A DNA stretch of 64,000 bases, taken from NCBI GenBank assembly GCA_026936335.1, contig JAPMXV010000040.1, forward strand, positions 62,001 through 126,000, in the 5' to 3' direction. The stretch is from Mantamonas sphyraenae STR306 (taxonomy: Eukaryota > Protista > CRuMs). The translations under genes were made by a program, and so were the position numbers. The notes beneath the pieces were generated by a model. It worked only from the letters and a program-made list of their open reading frames with translations, was not told the DNA's origin and made no database searches. The number at the start of each line of letters is the position of its first letter. The stretch's first letter is position 1. This document shows, piece after piece, positions 10,804-24,600 of the stretch.

Positions 10804-12616
10804 ATGTGTTGTGGAGGCGACAAAGAAAAGGACGAGGTGAACCTCGACAACGAAAAGAAGGAGGAGAAGGGCGTGAAGAACAAGAAGATCAAGAGTGCGT
10901 TCAGAAGTGGCCACCCAAGCCTCCTTGCGTTGTTGTTTTCCAGAAGCGGTCGTCATCGTGCCCTCGTTGCTAACCATCGTGTCCCCACCCTTCCTCCACC
11001 CTTCGCAGTCATCGTTGCGCTCATCATGGGCCTCATTGGCGTGGGTATGGCCGCCACAGCCTACTCACTGCTCGCCAGTACGTTCTCGTGGCTCCTTCAC
11101 ACAAATTTTCTTGTGCTCGGAAGATTACACCCTGCCCACGCCTCACACTCACGTCCACGCGCCTCCCCGATCCCCACCTCTCTATCGTTTACACACACAG
11201 ACCATGTGGATGGTCTGGCCATCGTCGTCCAGGTGTGGGAAGAGAGTAAGTGTGTGGCTCAAAAATCCCGGACGAGAGATGTGAAGGCTACCGTTGTTTG
11301 AAGGAAGCAAAAGATCCCACCTGACACGCAATTTGTTGCTGTTTGCGCCATCCGTGCACCGCATTGCGCCACGGTCCATGCCTTTGTGTTATCCAGAACC
11401 CGTGGTGGAGATTGCCATGACTACCGCCGAGTCGTGCCCTGCTGGCTTTGCGGTGTTTGGCGGCGCACGCACGTTTTCGTACTGCGACTCAACGGCCAAG
11501 AACGGCACCGTGAACTACAACGCCACATGCGAGAGCAGTGACGGCGCGCTGTCACAGACACGCAACGTGACGATGAACAAGTTTATGGGCAACCTGGTGT
11601 GTGTGAAGCGGGCTGGCAAGAACGCCTTTCAGGATCCGCCCATCAAGACGTCGGCATCGTGCACTGGCAACAAGACCAAGTGTGCCAGCACCACTGCCGA
11701 TGGATACACCATGTGTGTGGATGCAGGCCAGCCCTGCCCCATTTCGGCGTTCAAGCTGGCCTTCAACGTCAGCGCAAGCGATCCCATGCTGGAGGGATAT
11801 GAGGAGTTTGTCAACTTCACTGTGCCTGTGTTTGAAGAGGTGCGCAACTACACAGGCAGCTCCACAAACACCACCAATGCGCCGTACACTTTCAGCACCC
11901 GCATTGTGGACAACGTGCCTGCTCGCCTCTATCTCACGCGCAAGACCGGCCTGCCCGTCAAGAACCTCATTGCCAAGGCCCACGGTCTTCCTTGCGCTCT
12001 GTCCGACCCGTTCTCTGGGTGTGACTCGTCCAGCACAAACGAGTTCCGCGACAAACGTTTCACCAGCGCAGGCGCAACCACACAGTCGCAGTTTCTGATG
12101 GCCAACGACGTGCCGCCCACAAACCTCACCGGTGACGTGAACATGTGGCAGCGCACAGATATCCTGTGGAAGCAGGAGTGCCCGTCCACACGTCTGTCCG
12201 TCAAGAACAACCTGCCGTCTGTGGAGAACGTGCGCAGCACCCAGATTGCCCTTCTGGTCGTTCAGGCCGTTGTGTTTGCCCTCGTTACATGCTACCTGGG
12301 GTACAAGCTGTGGAAGGCCGACAACGATGACGAAGAGGAAAAGCTGCAGAAGAACCAGAAGCGCATCAAACTGGTCGCCTCCATCATCAAGTGGGGTGTG
12401 ACCTTCCTGGCCATGTTCCTGGCCTTCTCCATTGCCGGCTACTTCACCCTCACCGCCACCGCACGCTGCAGTGACACCACCACCAACGCCACGTTCCTGT
12501 TTCTTTCGGACAAGATCAACAGCATCGGCGGCGTCAACGTCGCCAACCAAGGTGTCGACACCGCAGGCGTCGTCTTGGATTATGGACCTGCCATCATGCG
12601 CATGTGTGGCCGTTAG
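10804..12616 (+). CDS. Uncharacterised multi-pass membrane protein with a large Cys-rich ectodomain (~474 aa); introns 10895-11008, 11078-11200, 11246-11396
   Basis: Four exons splice in frame. One N-terminal TM, a Cys-rich loop with many NxS/T sites, then two or more C-terminal TMs. Confidence 0.7.
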
Positions 12617-12682
12617 AGTTGCCGCTCATGCGCGACGGACGAAACAAAACAAAAACAAAGTTCATCTTTCAACACTCCCTCC

Positions 12683-15600
12683 ATGGACGACAGTGACGCG
12701 TATGTGCACGAGATCCAAATGTCTGCTCTCACCCAACGGGAGCGAGACTTGTTGGCTCAGAACCGCATGCGTACACACTCGTCCACACCTCAGGCGCCAG
12801 CACTGCACGAGCTGCGTGGTCGCTGGCAGGCCGAGGACGACGACGATGTGCTGCTGGACGACCACGACCATGCATACGACAGTGGCAACGAGGACGACGA
12901 CAACGCGTCGTGGAGCTCGCAGGCCTCGTCGCAGGGCAGTTCGGTTGTCGATCTGCACCATCTGGTACCGCGGGAAGTGGCAGGCGCGGCCAACTTTGGC
13001 ATCGCCTCGGGCATGATGCACCGCAACACAGGCAAACAGACGTTTCCCAGCAGTAGCAACAGAGACACACACGGCAGCGATGGCGAGGGGAGCAGCACAG
13101 GGGTGCTGTTCACGCGGTCGCGGCAAAAGTCTGGGCGTGTGGGCCGCGTGCAATCCGTCCGCCGCTCAAGCACGCAGGACAGCGAGGATCAGGGCTCAGA
13201 GGACGACGAGGACGAAGAGGAAGACGAAACCCATGTTGACATCACGCCCATTTCTAGTTTCAGCAACGCAGGCAACACCATCCGTGGACAAATTGCGGGC
13301 GCGGGAACGCCGAGCAAGCTGCGCTCGCTGCGTGCCGTTGGCGCCAACAAACCTGTCCCGCGCGTCCCGCTGGCCAACATGCCTCCGCGTACACAATATG
13401 AACAGGAAATTCTGGACGAGGAAACCACAGAGATGAGTCTCAGTGCACGTGTGCGCCCTTCCTCCTCTTCCACGGGTTCACGTACCCCGTCCACTTCCCT
13501 GCTCACCAATCGCCTCTACTCCACCTCGGCCCTGCGTGCCCCAAGCGCCACTGTACGCTCCACCACATCATCCACAAGCTCCCATACCACGTCACGCACC
13601 TCATCCACCACCCTTGGCGCTCCGGCATCACGCAACCAGTCGTACGGAGGCAGTGGAAACACGGGCGAACGCATCGAGTACCAACCACCCTCGCAGACTT
13701 CCACTGGCAAGACCAAGGCTCGCCCAGGCACAGCACGCAACAAGTATGCTCGTGCAGGTGTCCACTCTGCACCAGCCCTGCAGCAGCACACCGTGCGTCG
13801 CACTCGCCCTGTGTCTGCCGCGGCAGACATCACCCGGTACGACGGTCGCCACATCAAAACCAAGCGCAACCGGTTTAGTTCGCAGAGTGCAGCGGCGATG
13901 AACACACATGCGGCACGGCAACACTACGCACGCACACACACAAAGGGAAGCGCGGCCTTTGCCGGAGCTCGGCCTCTGTCCGCCACCGCCGCCGCCTCTG
14001 CATCCGCCTCGCACACGGGTAGGCATGTGACGTCGAGCAGCTCACGCACCACGCTTCGATCCATCCAACAGGCTGGGATGCGTGGTGACAAAAGCGCACG
14101 TGCGCTGTTTGCCATGAACACAGACAGCGAGTACAAGGACGCCTCTGCCATGCGCATCACACCGGAGCAGTTTCTGCGCCGTGTACAGACTCAGGCGCGC
14201 TACGAGAACGAGTTTGTGTATCTCATCAAGCCCACCAAGGAGAGCAACGCGTACACGTTGGAGATCATTGCGCGCGAAGAGTGTCCCATGGACGACTACT
14301 ACACCATGAGCCGCGACGGCGTCAACCACCTCCTCAACGGCGAGAGCGAAGAGTACATCTCTGCTGACCAGTGGCTGCGTGAGTACACGCTGTATCATCA
14401 GATCATGCGCATCCGCCTCTTCAACAAGTACCGCGAGTGGAAGTGCTTCGTCAACTGGAAACGCTGGGTCCACTTCCGCAAGATGGGCAAGAGTGGCCTC
14501 ATGATCGAAAAGAACCTCTTTGCCCTCGAGCCCTTCCTGCGTCGCGCTCTCTTTCGCGTGCGCGACGTCGGTGACCAGCTCGTCCACCAGCGCCTGTGTG
14601 CCATCGACAGCGAGACGCGCGACGTCGACTACTTTGTCGAGCTGCAGAACAACCAGGTGGCTCGTGTCACAGCCGAGCTGTCCAACATCTTGCACGATCT
14701 CGCGCACGTCATCTCCGGTGCCTGTGGCAAGATCCTCATCGAGTGGGACCAGCGTGAGATGCGCCGCACAGACGCTGCTGTACGCAAGGCTCTCGGCCAA
14801 CAGCGCCAGGACGAGGCATCCAATGCCTATGTCGAACTTGCTGCTCGTCGCAAGGAATGCCGCCGGCTCATCAACTGTGCGTTTTCCCTCTCTCTGTGTC
14901 CATTGCACATGTTTGCCATGCATGCTCTCTCTCACACACACTCACTTACACCCATACCCATACCACAGTCATCAAAACATGCGATCTCATGTTTTCCAAT
15001 GCGCTGCTGAACATGACCTCCAGCTCCCTGAATGAGCTCAAGGCCATGCTGACGCCGCCGGCAAAATACGTCGCCGCCAGCTACGCCTCCATTTCGGACA
15101 AAATGGACGCAGACATGTTCAAAGCCAAGGAGGAGGAGAACGAAGGGGAAGAGGGGGAAGAAGGGGAGGAGGCACAGGAGGACGAGCAAGGTGGCGACCA
15201 AGCACAAGCAGGTGGCGATGCAACTGTGTCCTCAAACCAACATCAACGCTCAGCAATGGCCAAGGGAAAGGCGGCAGTGACAGCAGATGCGGAACGACAG
15301 GCAGGGGCCGAGTCGTTCCAGATGCAGCGTGACTCGCTGACAGGCCTGATGGTGCCTGTGTACGGCAGAGGCCCAGCAGTGCGCCTGATTCCGGGCACAA
15401 TGACGTACAAGCCCGTGTTGGAGGTGTACACGGTGTTGCGTGGCCACACAATTGAGCTGGAGCCGACTTTGGAAAACACACTCGACGCGCTGGACAACGT
15501 TATCAAGGAGATGGTGAACGCAGTGGCCACACAGAGACGCCTGAGCACCTTTGATGAGTTTGAAATCTACCATCGGGCACTGGCCACCGAGTCGTTGGAA

Positions 15601-18600
15601 TCGCGTGCGTTGACAGACACTGAAATCGGCCATGATCTGCTGATGCTCATCACCCAGTCCAGTGAGTTTCTTTCACATACAGAGGCCATCCGCAACACTG
15701 TGCGCGAGGCGTATGAACGCTGCAACACGTACATCCGCAACTTTGGCCAATTCCAGCAGATGCTGGATGCAAACAAGGACTTTGACATCGACGAATATGC
15801 GCAGCAGGCGGACGACATCGACGTGGCACGTGCTGGGTTTGAACGGTACACCGCACAGCTGGACGCCATCACTCGCCTGGAAGACTCGCGTGCGATTGGC
15901 ATCATCCAAGTGCAGAACGCACGTTTCAAGGAAGCATTCCTGCCGTCGCCACGAGGGTGCATGCAACAGCTGTGCTCGCTGATGCCCAGCATTGCTCGCA
16001 AGAAGCACCAGACGCTGATCACAGACATGCACGAGGCTATCCAGAGGCTGCAGCGCACTCCGCAGTCTGTGCCCGAGTTTCACGAGTACCTGCAGTACGT
16101 GCAGATGATCGGCAACAAGCGCAACGACGTCACAGCCATGCTCATGGACGTCAAGCAGCTGTACGAGCTCCTGTCCGACTTTGGCGTGCAGATGGAGGCG
16201 GAAGACTTTGCCGACTATCAGTCGCTGACGCCCGACTTTGCAAACTTCCGCGCCGCCATCTCGGTCGCCGAGCGGAGACGCGACGGCAACATGTACCGGT
16301 TCACCAACGAGTTGGAGCACATGGTGGTTGAGCTGGAGGGCGACGTGGAGGACCTTGATGACGACGCCGGCCACGAAATGATCAGTGGGCTGGATTCGGA
16401 TCCGGACGACGTGGTGCTGTACCTGGAGAAGCTGATGAGCAGACTGGAGGAGATTGAGAAACGCCGAGACGACATCATCGAATACCAGGTGGCCTTTCGC
16501 ATGATCAAGATCAACCGGTACAGCGAGGTCAAGCTGCTGCGCAAGGATCTGGAGAACAAGTTGCTGTTGTGGGAGACAAACACGCGGTGGGATACATTTC
16601 GCAATCGCATCTTGCACAGCACGTTCCATGCATTGGACCCACTGGTGACCCAGCGACACATGGACGAGTTTGTGCGCGTGGCCGAACGACTTGTGCGTGC
16701 GCTCGACGGCAACCCTGTTGCGATTGCCCTGATGAAGAGCGTGAAGGAGTTTGCTCTGAAGATGCCCGTGGTGTACGACCTGCTCAACAAGAACCTCAAG
16801 GACCGTCACTGGGAGCTCATCAACAAGGCGGTCAACCGGAACATGTCGCTGAAGCACAAAGAGCGCAACGCGCCGCGGCTGCTGTCGTCTGGGGTCTCGC
16901 TTTCACCCCTGGAGTCTGGGGACATGCGTCTCGCCGACGTGATGAACCTGAACGTGGACAACATCCAGGAGACCATCGCAGAGGTGGCAGCACAGGCGAC
17001 GCACGAAGCGACGCTGGAAGAGACGGTGGCGCGCATCGAAGCCCACTGGGAAGACGCTCGTCTCGAGGTGCAATTGGCACCGGGAATGAGCGATCGCTGG
17101 GTGGTGACCAACCACGACGACCTGCTGGTGGATATCGAAGAGAACCTGCTGAACATCCTGACGCTGCGCGGGTCGCGACACATCACTGCGCACCTGGTGC
17201 CCAAGGTGGAGGCTATCCAAGAAACCATCATGCAGTTGCAGGAGGTTGTGCAGCTGTTTGTCACTTTTCAACAGTCTGCGCTCTACCTGTCCGGTGTGTT
17301 TGCCAACGTGGACATCCAACGTCACATGCAACAAGAGACCAAGATGTTCCGCGAGGTCGAGACGGCGTGGCAGACACTGTCGCGACGTGTCAAGGACGCG
17401 CCCACGGCCAAGGGTCTGCTGGCTGTGTCCAACATCCGCGAGACGCTCGCGTACAGCAACTACCAGTGCGAAGAGATTTACCACTCGTTGGACCAGTATC
17501 TGCACTTGAAACGCATGGCGTTCCCCAGGCTGTACTTTTTGTCCAACGAGGAGCTGATGGACATGCTTGCACACACGCGCAACCCACACGCCATCAAGCC
17601 GTACCTGGGCAAGTGCTTTGCCAACGTGAACGATTTGGAGCTGCGCAACACGGACAACGGCATGCAGATTACCGCGCTCATCTCGGAAGAGGGCGAACTC
17701 ATCCCGTTTGAGAACAAGCTGGTGCGCATCCGAGGCTCGGTGGAAAAGTGGCTGGCCGTGGTGCAGTCCAACATGCAGGGCGTGTTGCGCAAGCTCACCA
17801 AGGAGGCCATTGGTGACTACAAACAGACGCTTCGGGAACACTGGATCATGGCATTCCCTGCGCAGATTGTTCTGCTTGTGTCGCATGTCTTCTGGTGTCG
17901 CGACGTCGTGGCGTGTCTGAGCGCAGACAACCCGGCCAACGAATTGAGCATCATGCTCATGCAGCAGGTGGAACAACTGGAGCAACTGGCCAGTCTGACT
18001 ACACAGGACATCCCGGATCTGGAACGCGAGAAGCTCAAGACGCTGCTGACACAGGAGGTGCACAACCGCGACGTGCTACAGGCGCTTCTGGACGAACGGG
18101 TCGACCACGTGAGCGAGTTTGGATGGCAAAAGTACTTCCGATACGAGTGGAATGGCGACGAGTGCACGGCACACCAAAACGACTTTGTCTTCAACTACTG
18201 CTACGAGTATTTGGGCTGCAGCGGACGTTTGGTCATCACCCCGCTGACCGACCGGTGCTACCTGACGCTGACCTCTGCTCTGGCGCTGCACATGGGAGGC
18301 AGCCCTACGGGACCAGCTGGCACAGGCAAAACAGAGACGGTGAAGGATCTGGCCAAGGCGGTGGGCAAGATGTGCGTGGTGTTCAACTGCAGCGGCAACA
18401 TGGACATCGCAATGATGAGCAAGTTTTTCTGCGGTCTGGCACAAGCGGGCATCTGGGTTTGCTTCGATGAGTTCAACCGACTGGAGCCAAGTGTGTTGTC
18501 CGTGATTGCACAGCAGCTGCTGAGCATCCATCTTGCGCTGGAGGCCAAGAAGAAGCGCTTTCTCTTTGACGGCGTGGAGATCAGCCTGGACGCGTCGTGT

Positions 18601-21600
18601 GCGTACTTTGTCACGATGAATCCAGGGTATGCGGGCCGTTCAGAGTTGCCGGACAATCTCAAAGTCATGTTTCGGCCGGTGGCGATGATCAAGCCGGACC
18701 AGGGCCTGATTGCCGAGGTGCTTCTGTTCTCTGAGGGCTTTGTGGCCGCGAGCGAGTTGGCATCCAAAATCGTTTTGTTGTTCCGTATGTGCAAGGAGCA
18801 GCTGAGTGGCCAAGGCCACTACGACTTTGGATTGCGATCGCTCAAGGGCGTGCTGAGTGCGGCGGGGCAGCTGCGACTTCGGTTTGCCAACATGGAGGAC
18901 CGTGAGGCGATGAGTGAAGAGGTGCTGATGATCCACGCGTTGGCAGACTCGACACTGCCCAAGCTGGTGGAGGAGGATGTGGATCTGTTCCACAGCATCA
19001 TGGAAGATCTGTTTGTGGGGTACACACGAGAACTGGATGCAGGCATGCAAGCCCTGGAGGACAAGGTGACCGCCACACTGGAGGACAATGGCCTTGAGTG
19101 CAGGGAGCATTTTGTGACCAAAGCACTGCAATTGCACCAGACGATGCGTGTGCGTCACGGCGTGATGCTGATTGGGGGCAACATGACGGGCAAATCCACA
19201 CTTGCAAGCGTGCTTGCACAGGCGATGGCCAACGTGCAAGTTTGGCCTTTGAATCCAAAGGCGGTGTCGCTGGACGAGCTGTACGGCCATCGCAGCGAAA
19301 CGACGCGCGAATGGAAGAAAGGATTGGTGGGCAGCATGTTCCGTGCCATCATCCAGGCCATGCTGATGGACGAGCTGGAGCACTGGATGTTGTTTGACGG
19401 TCCCATGGACACCCTGTGGGTGGAAAACATGAACACAGTGCTGGACGATTCGCGCGTGCTTTGTCTCGCCAACGGCGACCGCATCCCACTCAAGGCGCGC
19501 ATGCACGTTCTCTTTGAGCTTGACTCGCTCAAGAATGTGTCGCTGGCCACTGTCACACGCTGTGGCATGGTGTATATGGGCCCCAAGGATCTACACTGGT
19601 CAGACTTGGTTGTGCGTTGGCTCAATTCGCACGAAGAGTGGAGCGAGAGCTTGCGCACGCAAGTTCGAGGCCTGTGCGACGAATACTTGGACGCAAGCCT
19701 TGCATTCCTGCAGACACTGCGCATCAGCGTGCCGTTGAATCCGCTGGCGCGTGTGCAATCCATGTGCACCGTGTTTGAGGCGCTGGCTACACCGGACCAT
19801 GGAATGGACTTTGAGTCGCGCATGCTGCCGGAAATGGTGCGCGTGTTGTTTGTGTACAGTCTGGCGTGGGGTCTGGGAGGATCGCTGGTGGGTCAGGCAC
19901 GTGACGAGTTTGCTGACCATGTGAGCACCACGTTCTTCCGCCTGGTGGACGTGCCCGCGAGCGAGTCGATCTTTGAGTACCACGTGGACCTGGCCAACAC
20001 GGGCTTCCTGCGCTGTAGGGATCTGCTGGCGCAGTCGGGCGACGAGTTTTCCGGCGGGATTGTGCCGATTGTGGAACACGACGTGTGTGGATGGATGGTG
20101 CAACAGCTGCTGGGTGTGGGAAGCAATGTGTTGGTGCATGGCGAGCACGCAAATGGCAAAACGTCGATGTTGCAGCAGTTGGTGCGGCAAGTGGCTCAGG
20201 ACTCGTTCGGCAAGCTGCGCTATCAGCGCATGACGATGAATGCATTCATGGGGCCGGAACAGGTGCAACTGCTTGTGGAGCAGCAGCTGGAGAGACAGCG
20301 CAGTGGCATGATGGCGCCTGTGCGCGCCGAGCGTTTGCTGGTGTACGTGGACGACCTGAACACGCCAGCGGCGGACGAATTCGGTGACCAGGCGCCGCTA
20401 GAGTTTGTGCGCCAATTGCTGGACTACAGTGGCTACCACAATCGCCACGACCAATCGTGGCGCCAAGTGATGGGCCTGAGCATGCTTGCAACGTGCAGTG
20501 TGCATCCACACAGCAGGGCTTTGCCCGAGCGCCTCGTGAGGCACTTTGTCGTCCTTGGTCTGCCCTTGCCCAGCCAGCCGTCCATCAAAACCATTTGTAC
20601 GGCCATTTACAACCACGGCATGCAGCATGCTGAGTACAAGGTGGGCCGGCTTGCAGGTGCGCTTGCGTCGGCGACGGCAGAGCTGTTTGGTCTGGTGCGC
20701 GAGCAGTTTGGCGGGAGGGGTGACAAACCACACTACGTGTTTCACCTTGACCAAGTGCTGCAAGTGTGCCGTGGCACACTTCAGTCTGCCACAGACAGTG
20801 CACAAACGGCAGAGAACCTGGTGATGCAATGGATACACGAAGGAAAACGCGTGTTTGGCGACCGCATGGACGACCTGCAGGAGCTTGCGGCATTGCGCGA
20901 GATGCAGGAGCGGTGTGCCAAGCAGTACATGAGCCAGGCTTGGATGACGGCGCAGAGTCGAGAGGAGGACGCGGGTGAAGAGCTTGCCAACTTGCCTCTC
21001 ATGTACACAACTGCGCTTGATGGAGCGTACACACGTGTCACCAACATGCGTGTGCTGATCAACCGTCTGCACGACATGTTGGACGAGTTCAACACCCGCT
21101 CGGGCCACCACGTGGATTTTGTGTGGTTCCAGAGCGCCGTGGAGCAGGTACTGCGTTTGCACCGCGCGTTCATGACGTCTGGCGTCCATGTGCTGCAACT
21201 GGGTTACGGTGGATCTGGCAAACGCACGTTGGCCCAGCTGGCTGCGTTCTTGGGTGGGTGTGAGTGCACGGTGGTGCGTGTGAGCCGAACGTCGCCGCAT
21301 CATGACTTTCGCGAGACGCTCAAGCAGGTGTGCATCCACGCAGCACTGGACGCACGCGCACAGGTTCTTGTGCTGAGTGGTGACGACATGAAGGATGAGC
21401 TGTTGCAGGATGTGGACACGCTCCTATCCTCGTGCGACATCCGCCTGTGGCTGGAGAGCGAAGAATTCAACATGGTTGTCGGGCGCACGCGAGGTCTCGT
21501 GGCCAACGAACTGGAATTGAAACGCGGTGTTTCTAATGCCGCGGGTGACATGGCGCAGGCGAAGGAAGGCGACCATGGCAGCGAATCGTCGACCGCAGCT

Positions 21601-24600
21601 TCGTCGTCGAGCAGCAGTAGCTCCAGCAGTGCAGAGGAGGTTGCAAACGGTGGTAATGGCCAAGAAGTTGGCGAAGAGGCCCTGGAGACGGTCGAGGCTA
21701 TGTCTGTGGAGCAAATCTACGAGCAGTTTGTGGAAAAGATCCGTGCCAATTTGCATGTGTCGCTGAGCATGAGTTTGGTGGGCACCTCGTTTTCGAAACG
21801 ATGTGATTTGTTCCCATCGTTGGTGAACAACACTCTCATCAACTACTTTCCGGAGTGGAGCGAAGAGGCGTTGCATAGCGTGGCGACGCAGACGCTGCAA
21901 AGAGAGATGGCAGGCGTGATGGGCAGCAACGAGCTAGACAGGCTGGCGCGATTGACCATGCGCGTGCACAAGGAGGTGCAAACATGGGCAGCCAAGTACA
22001 AGTCGATGGAGCAGCGAGAGGTGTTTGTGACGTCGCCCGTGTATGTGCGTTATGTGGGCGCTTTCGTGACGCTGCTCAAGAGGACGCAGGCAAGGGCAGC
22101 AGCCAAGACGGAACGGCTGCAGTCGGGATACAACAAGCTGATCGAGGCGAACGAAATGGTCAAAGTGATGGAAGACGAGCTGTCACAGTCGCAGCCGCTG
22201 CTGGAAGAGCAGAGCAAGCGGATTGCAGAGCTGGTGGAGCAGTTGTCGGAAGAACAGGTGCGTGTGGACCAAACACGCCAGCAGGTGATGTCTGAGGAAA
22301 AGGAGGTGAGCGAACAGCAGCAAGTGGCCGATCGGCTGGCGGCAGATGCGCAAGAAGACTTGGACCAGGCGCTGCCGCTGCTGGAAGACGCCAACGGGGC
22401 TTTGGAGAACCTGCACAAGAAGGAAATTAGCGAGATCAAGTCGTTCACCAAACCGCCCTACATGGTGATGACGGTGATGGAAAGCGTGTGCATCCTGCTG
22501 AATGCCAAGCCGGACTGGGCCACAGCCAAGACGATTCTGACGGACACGAGCATTGTGTCGCGCTTGCTTCACTTTGACAAGGACAATGTGAGCGACAGCG
22601 TGCTGAAGAAGCTGCGAAGATACATCGACAACCCGATGTTCCACCCAGACCATGTGGAAAAGGTGTCGCGTGCCGCCAAGTCCATGTGCATGTGGGTGCG
22701 TGCCATGTACGTGTACAGCAAGATGATTCGTGCAGTTGCGCCGAAACGCAAACGGCTGCTGGAGGCACAGGAACAGCTGCGAGAGTCGTCGATGAAGTTG
22801 CAAGAAAAGCAGGACAGGCTGGAGGAGGTGGAACTGAAGATGAAGGAGCTGATGAGGAAGTACAGACAAACGCTTGCGGAGCAGCAGACGCTGGAACACA
22901 AGGTGGACGACACACGCGAGCGGCTGGAACGTGCGAGCAAACTGACCAGTGGGTTGATGGGAGAGAGCGAGCGATGGCAAGCTCAGCTGGACGAATACGA
23001 GGCACAGAAGCGGTTTGACATGGGCCATGCACTTCTGTGGTCGTCTCAGATGATGTATCTGGGTGCATTCGACACAGAGTACAGGTTGCAGATCGAGAAC
23101 GCGTGGCGCATGATGTGCCGCGCGGAAGGAGTGGCCATTGCAGATACCTTTGACATGAGTCAACTGGTGGAAGACGACACCAAGATCCGCGAGTGGCGTG
23201 CGTGCAAGCTTCCGTACGACCAGACATCGACGCAGAACGCCATCCTTGCCACACATAGCGAGCGCTGGCCGCTGCTGATCGACCCACAGGGACAGATGAA
23301 CATCTGGATCAAGAATCTGGAAGCAAAGAAGGACCTGCAGGTGGTCAACGGGAGCGGTGACCGAGGCGAGCTGGAGCGAGTGGTGGAACAAGCGGTGCGT
23401 CTGGGCCAGCCGCTGTTGATTGAGGGTGTGGGCGAGACGTTGGAGCCTGTGGTGGATGCGTTGGTGACGATGAAAGTGACACGACAAGGCGACGTGCCCA
23501 TGCTGGTGCTGGGAGAGAACAAGGTGGTGCCTCTGGATCGCAACCTGCGTGTGTATCTGACGTGTGGCATGGCCAATCCTCGACTGAGCCCATCATTGCA
23601 CGCACGCGCATGTGTGGTGAACTGCACAGTGACACAGCAGGCGCTGGAAGATCAGTTCCTGAGCTTGGTTGTGCAGCAAACTCGCCCGGAACTGGAAGAC
23701 CAGAAGTACAGGCTTGCAATGAGCATCAACACAGACCGGCGCCAGCTGCGCGATCTGGAGGAGTCCATTTTGGGCATTGTGAGTGGGGGAGGCGACCTGC
23801 TGAACGACGAATCGCTGATCCAGTCGCTGCGTGAAACAAAATCGACGGCGAGCATCCTGGAGAAGCGCATTGCAGACAGCGAACTGACGGAACACGACCT
23901 GAATCTGGCACGTCGTGCGTATGCTGACATTGCCATCCGCATGGCGCAGCTATTCCTTGTGGTGCGGTCGCTGTCTCGGATCAGCCCGATGTACGAGTTT
24001 TCGTTGTCGTACTTTTCACGGCTGTTTGTCAACACACTGCGCAACACAGTGAGCCTGGAGGTGGAACTGGGTGAAGATTATGTGCAGGAGATGATGGTGA
24101 TTGCGACAGAGGTGCTTTTCCGCCATGTGGCTTGGGGCCTGTTTGCAAGCGACCGCTTGACGTTTGCGTTCATGTTGCTTGTGCGGCTGTTGCTGGAGGC
24201 AGGCGACATCCGAGCTGAGCATTGGGATGTGTTTCTGCGTGGCAAGTCGCTTGCGCGACGATATGGCAAATTGCCGGACAATCCAGACAGTACCTGGATG
24301 AGCGAAGAGATGTGGCACGGAGTGATTGTGTTGGACCGCGAGATTCCGGCGCTACACGGCCTTCTGACCAACATTGTGGACAATGGGGCAGCATGGCGAG
24401 AGTGGGTGCGCTCGGACAAGGGCAGCGAGTTGCCTGCGTGCTGGAGGGCCTTCCAAACGCAGCAGTTTATCGATGCACACAACAGCAGTGTCAACAGCAG
24501 CAGCAGTGGTGGTGGTGGTGGCTTGGATGAGCATGGAGGTGCGCGTGAACCGTCCATGCGGTTCTTTGACGTGATGGTTGCCAATGCGCTGAAGCCGCGC

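Noticed and set aside
14857-15010. Overlapping ORFs at the dynein 5' end suggesting a frameshift or pseudogene
   Set aside because: Resolved by the canonical GT-AG intron 14877-14968, giving RRLINFIKTCDLM in frame.
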